This document shows, piece after piece, positions 58,492-64,000 of a DNA stretch of 64,000 nt. Source of the DNA: Candidatus Omnitrophota bacterium (GTDB lineage: Bacteria > Omnitrophota > Gorgyraeia > DTHP01); NCBI GenBank assembly GCA_023819145.1, contig JAMWCW010000008.1, positions 5,584 to 69,583 on the forward strand, read 5' to 3'. Made by a program: the position numbers and the translations under genes. The first letter of the stretch is position 1, and the number at the start of each line of letters is the position of its first letter. Under the pieces are notes generated by a model that saw only the letters and a list, made by a program, of their open reading frames with translations, was not told where the DNA came from and ran no database searches.

Positions 58492-59346
58492 ATGGATAAA
58501 GTTGATTTTGTAAAGATGGTGGCATCGGGTAATGATTTTGTGCTCATTGAAGGAAAGAGAAAAAAGCAACAATTAGCAAACTATAGCGATTTGGCAAAGA
58601 AAATCTGTGAGAGAAAATTCGGTGTGGGCGCAGATGGAATTTTGATAGTAGATAAATCAACTGTTGCCGATTTTAAGATGCGTATTTTTAATCCCGATGG
58701 TTCAGAGGCAGAGATGTGTGGAAATGGATTGCGTTGTGTTGCCCTTTTTGCAAAATCAAAAATAAAAAATTATGCCACAAAAATTAGTAGAGAAAAATCA
58801 AAAAATTTCAGAATAGAGACTGAAGCAGGAATCTTAGAGGCAACTGTTGAGGGAGATAAAGTGAAGATAAAAATGATTGAGCCTAAGGATTTAAAGATGG
58901 ATATAAGCCTCTATATCGGTGGAGAGAAATATATAGTTCATTATATCAACACGGGAGTTCCTCATGCTATTCTATTTGTAAATGACTTGAAAAACACCAA
59001 TGTCAAAGGATTGGGGAAGATTATTCGTTTTCATCCGCGGTTTTTGCCGCAAGGGACCAACGTTGATTTTGTGGAGGTAAAGGATAGGAGGAATATTTTG
59101 TTACGTACTTATGAGAGGGGAGTGGAAGACGAGACACTTGCCTGTGGAACCGGAGCTGTGGCTTCGGCAATAATTTCAAATTTAAAATTAAAAAAATCAA
59201 GAATGGAGAAAAATTGTGAAATAAAAGTACTTACCCAAGGTGGAGAAATATTAAAAGTTTTTTTTGAAAGAAAAGATGATAATTTCAAGAATGTTTGGTT
59301 AGAAGGCAATGCAAAAATAGTTTTTAAGGGGGTGTATTATGGATAA
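58492..59346 (+). CDS. dapF: Diaminopimelate epimerase
   Basis: GNDF, MCGNG, ERG..ETLACGTG. Confidence 0.95.
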   Translation: MDKVDFVKMVASGNDFVLIEGKRKKQQLANYSDLAKKICERKFGVGADGILIVDKSTVADFKMRIFNPDGSEAEMCGNGLRCVALFAKSKIKNYATKISREKSKNFRIETEAGILEATVEGDKVKIKMIEPKDLKMDISLYIGGEKYIVHYINTGVPHAILFVNDLKNTNVKGLGKIIRFHPRFLPQGTNVDFVEVKDRRNILLRTYERGVEDETLACGTGAVASAIISNLKLKKSRMEKNCEIKVLTQGGEILKVFFERKDDNFKNVWLEGNAKIVFKGVYYG

Positions 59347-60229
59347 GAATAAGTTTAAAGGCTCGATTGTAGCAATTGTTACGCCATTTAAAGAGGAGAA
59401 GGTTGATGAAAAAAGTTTTAAGAAATTATTAAATTTTCATGTTAAAGAAGGAACCGATGGCATAGTGCCTTGCGGGACAACGGGAGAATCTGCTACACTT
59501 TCTTTTGAGGAACACGAAAGGGTCATAGAACTTACTATAGAGAATGTAGGAGGAAGGATACCCGTAATTGCGGGGACAGGTTCCAATTCTACCACCGAAG
59601 CCATCATGCTTACCAAACATGCTAAAAAGGCAGGAGCCGATGCTTCTTTACAGGTTTCTCCTTATTATAACCGTCCCACTCAGAGAGGACTCTATGAACA
59701 TTTTAAGGCGATTGCAGAAGCGGTAGATATTCCTATCATTCTTTATAACATTGCCTCTCGAACAGGTGTGAATATTGAACCGGAAACGATGGCAAAACTT
59801 GCTCATGATTGTAGGAATATCATCGGAGTGAAAGAAGCCTCCGGTTCACTTGACCAGATGTCGCGGATTAAATCTCTTTGTCCTCCTAATTTTTTACTTA
59901 TTTCTGGAGACGATAGCCTTACTTTACCTATTCTTGCTATTGGAGGAGTAGGGGTTATTTCAGTAGTTGCCAATATTGTTCCACGGGAGGTTAAGAAGAT
60001 GATTTCTTCATTTGATAAAGGGGATATAGAAGAGGCAAGAGATATGCATTATAAATTACTTCCTTTGATAAAGGCGATGTTTATCGAGACAAATCCGATA
60101 CCCGTAAAAACTGCAATGGGACTTTTAGGTATGTGTAAAGCGGATATACGTCTTCCCTTATGTCCGATGAGCGTGGAAAACCTGGGAAAATTAAAGAATG
60201 CTCTTAAGGAGTACGGTTTACTTAAATAA
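59339..60229 (+). CDS. dapA: 4-hydroxy-tetrahydrodipicolinate synthase
   Basis: GTTGE, PYYN, LYN, KEASG. Confidence 0.96.
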   Translation: MDKNKFKGSIVAIVTPFKEEKVDEKSFKKLLNFHVKEGTDGIVPCGTTGESATLSFEEHERVIELTIENVGGRIPVIAGTGSNSTTEAIMLTKHAKKAGADASLQVSPYYNRPTQRGLYEHFKAIAEAVDIPIILYNIASRTGVNIEPETMAKLAHDCRNIIGVKEASGSLDQMSRIKSLCPPNFLLISGDDSLTLPILAIGGVGVISVVANIVPREVKKMISSFDKGDIEEARDMHYKLLPLIKAMFIETNPIPVKTAMGLLGMCKADIRLPLCPMSVENLGKLKNALKEYGLLK

Positions 60230-60245
60230 ACTTATGGAGGGATAA

Positions 60246-60956
60246 ATGATTAGACTGGCAGTAAGTGGTGCGTGTGGGAAAATGGGGACGAAGATTATCG
60301 AACTGGCAAGTAAAGATAAAGAGTTTCAATTAGTAGTTGCTTTAGAAGCGAAGGGGCATCCGAAGATAGGGGATGTTGTCCAGGGGTTTAAAATCAGCGA
60401 CAATCCCGAAGAAATTAAAAATACAGACTGTCTTGTTGAGTTTACTAATCCTTCTGCTACCATAGAGCATCTGAACATCGCCGTTAAATATAATAAAGCA
60501 ATGGTGATTGGAACCACGGGATTGAATGAAGAAGAGAAGTTAAAAATAAAAGATGCCTCACGTTATATTCCTATTGTTTCTTCTCCTAATATGTCGGTAG
60601 GTGTAAATCTCCTTTTTCGTTTGACACGTGAAGCTGCGAGCACGCTTACTTCCGAATATAAGGTAAAAATAATTGAAGCACATCACATTCATAAGAAAGA
60701 TGCCCCTTCTGGTACCGCAAAAGTGTTAGCGGAGATTATTAAGAAACATACAGGAAAAGAAGTTACCGATATAAAATCCATTCGTGAAGGAGAAATTGTG
60801 GGAGACCATCGTGTTATTTTTGATAGCCCTTTTGATACGATAGAATTGTTTCATTCTGCTAAGACACGCGATATTTTTGCTAAAGGCGCTCTGGTAGCAG
60901 CAAAGTTTGTGGTGAAACAGAGGCCCGGACTTTTTGATATGCAGGTGGTAAAATGA
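60246..60956 (+). CDS. dapB: 4-hydroxy-tetrahydrodipicolinate reductase
   Basis: GACGKMG, EAHHIHKKDAPSGTA. Confidence 0.96.
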   Translation: MIRLAVSGACGKMGTKIIELASKDKEFQLVVALEAKGHPKIGDVVQGFKISDNPEEIKNTDCLVEFTNPSATIEHLNIAVKYNKAMVIGTTGLNEEEKLKIKDASRYIPIVSSPNMSVGVNLLFRLTREAASTLTSEYKVKIIEAHHIHKKDAPSGTAKVLAEIIKKHTGKEVTDIKSIREGEIVGDHRVIFDSPFDTIELFHSAKTRDIFAKGALVAAKFVVKQRPGLFDMQVVK

Positions 60957-62116
60957 TGAAAATAACCAAACGTCTTAAGCAACTACCTCCTTATCTCTTT
61001 GCTGAAATAGACCGCATAAAAAGGAGTATGCGTGAGAAAGGCATAGACCTTATTGATTTAGGAATAGGAGACCCCGACCAACCTACACCTGCTCATATTG
61101 TGGACAGTCTTTGCCGGGCTGCACACGTTCCAGCCAACCATCGTTACGCTCTTGACCAAGGATTATTAGAATTTAGAACAGCAGTTAGTAGATGGTACAA
61201 GAAGAGATTTAATGTAGAACTTGACCCTCACCATGAAATTTATCCTCTTATTGGCTCCAAAGAAGGGATTGCACATTTACCCCTTGCTTTTATCGATCCT
61301 CAAGAGATTGCCTTAATTCCCGATCCTTGTTATCCCCCTTACAAAAGCGGGGCTATCCTCGCTGGCGGTAAACCCTATCTTTTGCCTCTTCGTCCCAAGA
61401 ATAATTTTTTACCGGATTTTAAAAAAATCAGTAGTTCTATTCTTAAAAAAGCGCGCATATTTTTCTTAAATTATCCTAATAATCCCACCGCAAGTATATG
61501 CCCAGAAGAGTTCTATAAAGATGTAATTCGCTTTGCACAGAGAAACAAAATCCTTATCTGTCATGATGCGGCTTATTCCGAGATAAGCTTTGATACCTAT
61601 CGTGCCCCCAGCTTCCTTGAATTTCCTGGAGCAAAAGAGGTAGGGATTGAATTCCATTCACTTTCTAAAACCTATAATATGACAGGTTGGCGCATTGGAT
61701 GGGTTTGTGGAAATAGGGAAGCGGTTGGTGCGCTGGGTAAAGTAAAGACAAACATTGATTCGGGAATATTCCAAGCAATTCAAATTGCAGGGATATCGGC
61801 TTTGGAAGGCGACCAGTCGCATATAGAGCAGATGAATGCAATTTACAGAACAAGACGGGATTGTTTGATAGAAGGCTTAAGGAAAATTGGCTGGGAAATA
61901 AAAAAACCTTTAGCTACTTTTTATATCTGGGCTCCTTTACCTAAGCCTCATTATTCCTCTATAAAATTTGCCAAGCTTATTTTAGAAGAGGCAAATGTAG
62001 TAGTAACCCCGGGAGTAGGTTTTGGGAAAGCAGGGGAGGGTTTTGTCAGATTTAGTTTAACTAATTCTGTAGAGAGAATTAGCGAGGCGATAGAGAGAAT
62101 AAAGAAGGTATTGTAA
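60953..62116 (+). CDS. dapL: LL-diaminopimelate aminotransferase
   Basis: PPYLF, GSKEG, NYPNNPT, SKTYNMTGWR; lysine-operon context. Confidence 0.85.
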   Translation: MMKITKRLKQLPPYLFAEIDRIKRSMREKGIDLIDLGIGDPDQPTPAHIVDSLCRAAHVPANHRYALDQGLLEFRTAVSRWYKKRFNVELDPHHEIYPLIGSKEGIAHLPLAFIDPQEIALIPDPCYPPYKSGAILAGGKPYLLPLRPKNNFLPDFKKISSSILKKARIFFLNYPNNPTASICPEEFYKDVIRFAQRNKILICHDAAYSEISFDTYRAPSFLEFPGAKEVGIEFHSLSKTYNMTGWRIGWVCGNREAVGALGKVKTNIDSGIFQAIQIAGISALEGDQSHIEQMNAIYRTRRDCLIEGLRKIGWEIKKPLATFYIWAPLPKPHYSSIKFAKLILEEANVVVTPGVGFGKAGEGFVRFSLTNSVERISEAIERIKKVL

Positions 62117-62149
62117 TAGATTGATTTGCACCTTACCTTATTCAGAGAA

Positions 62150-62620
62150 ATGAAGGTTTGCTATATCGGTGTAGGTTCAAATCAGGGTAATCGTCTGAGG
62201 AATATAAATAAAGCAATTGTGTTCTTAAAACAAGATAAAAAAATTAGATTCTTAAGAAGGTCGCGTATTTATGAAACTGAGCCCCTTGGACCTCCACAGA
62301 GAAAATTTCTTAATGGTATTTGGAAAATTAAAACCGAATACTCGCCTTTTGAACTTTTGGAACGATTGAAAGAGATTGAATCTCTATTGGGAAGAAAGAG
62401 TTCTGTAAGATGGGGACCAAGGCCCATAGATTTGGACATTCTTTTTTATAATCGCTTAATTTTGAATAATAGAAGATTAATCATTCCTCATCCAGAAGTT
62501 GCAAAACGTATCTTTGTGCTTAAACCATTGAGTGAGATTTCTCCTTTTTTGAGACATCCGGTAATGAAGAGAACAATAAAAACTCTCTTGAAAAATTATG
62601 AAGATAGTAAGAAAAATTAA
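62150..62620 (+). CDS. folK: HPPK (folate biosynthesis)
   Basis: GSN, WGPRPIDLDIL, IPHP; probable start ATG 62150. Confidence 0.93.
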   Translation: MKVCYIGVGSNQGNRLRNINKAIVFLKQDKKIRFLRRSRIYETEPLGPPQRKFLNGIWKIKTEYSPFELLERLKEIESLLGRKSSVRWGPRPIDLDILFYNRLILNNRRLIIPHPEVAKRIFVLKPLSEISPFLRHPVMKRTIKTLLKNYEDSKKN

Positions 62621-63443
62621 AAGGATGCAAAATTTGGTTAAAGATTTAAAACAAAAAGGAAAAACTATTGGTTTTGTCCCAACGATGGGATACCTTCATA
62701 ATGGGCATCTTTCTTTAGCGCGCCAGGCAAGAAAAGATAATGATTTTGTAGTACTAAGTATTTTTGTTAATCCTCTACAGTTTGGTCCAAAAGAGGATTT
62801 CAAACGTTATCCTCGCGATTTCAAAAGAGATATGAGATTAGCAAAAGAGGTGGGGGTGGATATAATCTTTATTCCTCAAGATAAGGAGATGTATCCTCAA
62901 GACTATGTTACCTATGTAGAAGTAGAACGACTTACAAAAAAACTCTGTGGTCGTTTTCGCCCGGGGCACTTTAAAGGAGTAACCACGGTAGTAATGAAAC
63001 TCTTTAACATTGTAAATCCCGATGTTGCTTACTTTGGTCAAAAAGATGCTCAGCAGGCAAGGATAATTGAAAAGATGGTAGAAGACCTTAATATGAATAT
63101 CAAGATTAAAATCTTGCCTATTGTCAGAGAAAAGGACGGACTGGCAATGAGTTCGCGCAATGTCTATTTGAGCCCTCAGGAACGAGAAAGAGCAGTTTGT
63201 CTCTATGAGGCATTGAAGAAAGCAGAAGAGATGGTTTCTCAGGGTATAAGAAATGCAGAAAAAATAAGAAGAGAGATAAAAAAAGTTCTTGCTAAAAAAA
63301 AGGTTTATCGTATAGACTATATAGAAGTAGTAGACGCCAAAACTCTTACACCACTTAATAAATTAGAAGGTAAGATATTGATTGCTTTAGCGGTTTGGAT
63401 TGGCAGGACTCGCTTGATTGACAATACAATATTAACTCTTTAA
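62598..63443 (+). CDS. panC: Pantoate-beta-alanine ligase
   Basis: PTMGYLHNGH, FGQKD, MSSRN, RLIDN. Confidence 0.96.
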   Translation: MKIVRKIKRMQNLVKDLKQKGKTIGFVPTMGYLHNGHLSLARQARKDNDFVVLSIFVNPLQFGPKEDFKRYPRDFKRDMRLAKEVGVDIIFIPQDKEMYPQDYVTYVEVERLTKKLCGRFRPGHFKGVTTVVMKLFNIVNPDVAYFGQKDAQQARIIEKMVEDLNMNIKIKILPIVREKDGLAMSSRNVYLSPQERERAVCLYEALKKAEEMVSQGIRNAEKIRREIKKVLAKKKVYRIDYIEVVDAKTLTPLNKLEGKILIALAVWIGRTRLIDNTILTL

Positions 63444-63467
63444 GGCCGATTAATCTGAATAACTGAA

Positions 63468-63827
63468 ATGATGCGTATAATGTTTAAGTCCAAAATCCAC
63501 GGTGCAGTGGTAACTGATGCTAATCTGGAATATGAAGGAAGTATTACCATCGATAAGGAATTACTTGAGAAAGCAGATATTTTAGTGGGAGAAAGAGTCC
63601 AGATTCTTAATATTAATAACGGAATGCGTGTGGAAACTTATGTCATAGAGGGTAAACGCGGTTCAGGGACCATATGCATGAACGGTCCTGCTGCTCGCTG
63701 GGCAGAGATAGGAGATAAGATTATTATTATTTCTTATGTTTTGGTGGAGGAAGAAGAAATAAAGAAATTTAAGATAAGAAAAGTATTTGTGGACGATAAG
63801 AATAGACCAGTAAAAATAAAAGGATAG
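63468..63827 (+). CDS. panD: Aspartate 1-decarboxylase
   Basis: [19 protein letters not shown]. Confidence 0.96.
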   Translation: MMRIMFKSKIHGAVVTDANLEYEGSITIDKELLEKADILVGERVQILNINNGMRVETYVIEGKRGSGTICMNGPAARWAEIGDKIIIISYVLVEEEEIKKFKIRKVFVDDKNRPVKIKG

Positions 63828-63830
63828 AAA

Positions 63831-64000
63831 ATGGTTTACACGGTAGATGATGAAAGAAAATATATCGAGCATCTCAAACAAAGGATATCTGAACTTAAGA
63901 AGGAACGCAAGGCAGTAATTGTTGTTCATAATTATCAACGTGAAGAAGTCCAGGACATTGCCGATTACATTGGAGATAGTTTGGAATTGGCGCGTTCTGT
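63831..64000 (+). CDS. nadA: Quinolinate synthase (3'-truncated by the window edge)
   Basis: Manual translation MVYT...[28 protein letters not shown]. Confidence 0.85.
   Translation, partial: MVYTVDDERKYIEHLKQRISELKKERKAVIVVHNYQREEVQDIADYIGDSLELARS

Noticed and set aside
14952-63938. Numerous 60-170 aa ORFs overlapping long genes
   Set aside because: Antisense or off-frame to well-supported CDSs, with no recognisable motifs.
1-64000. tRNA, rRNA, riboswitch, integrase or transposase
   Set aside because: None recognised by eye; covariance-model searches were not run.

Overview
AT-rich genome of an anaerobic diderm bacterium. The gene content and order would fit Candidatus Omnitrophota or a similar lineage, but that is inference only. 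Layout: (1) 1-13.9 kb, a surface-glycan locus (GT2, GT4, GT-C/ArnT-like, methyltransferase, B12-radical SAM). It carries a minus-strand RiPP-like cassette: HPr-kinase-like protein, radical SAM/SPASM enzyme, an unannotated 49-aa precursor (9141-9290, YEKPTI leader, 3-Cys core) and PqqD/RRE, convergent with a nucleotidyltransferase. (2) Cold-shock protein, CBS protein and ion transporter, then bcd-etfB-etfA(ferredoxin) and gspE. (3) A ~12-kb block splitting the type II secretion cluster: a sigma54-driven Cys-rich, Pro-Thr-rich subtilase, REP-like repeats, an outer-membrane barrel with a paralog remnant, and a Ppm1/PMT protein O-mannosylation set. (4) A Dsb/CcdA fusion, gspF-M and a GGDEF/HD-GYP protein. 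(5) CIRCE-hrcA-grpE-dnaK-dnaJ, with an archaeal-like DnaK. (6) rplM-rpsI and a long argCJBDFGH-lysA-dapFABL-folK-panCD-nadA run. Degenerate 7/8-nt-period repeats occur at gene junctions and inside coding loops. No rRNA, tRNA, CRISPR array or intact transposase was recognised. All family assignments come from reading motifs by eye; no database searches were run.
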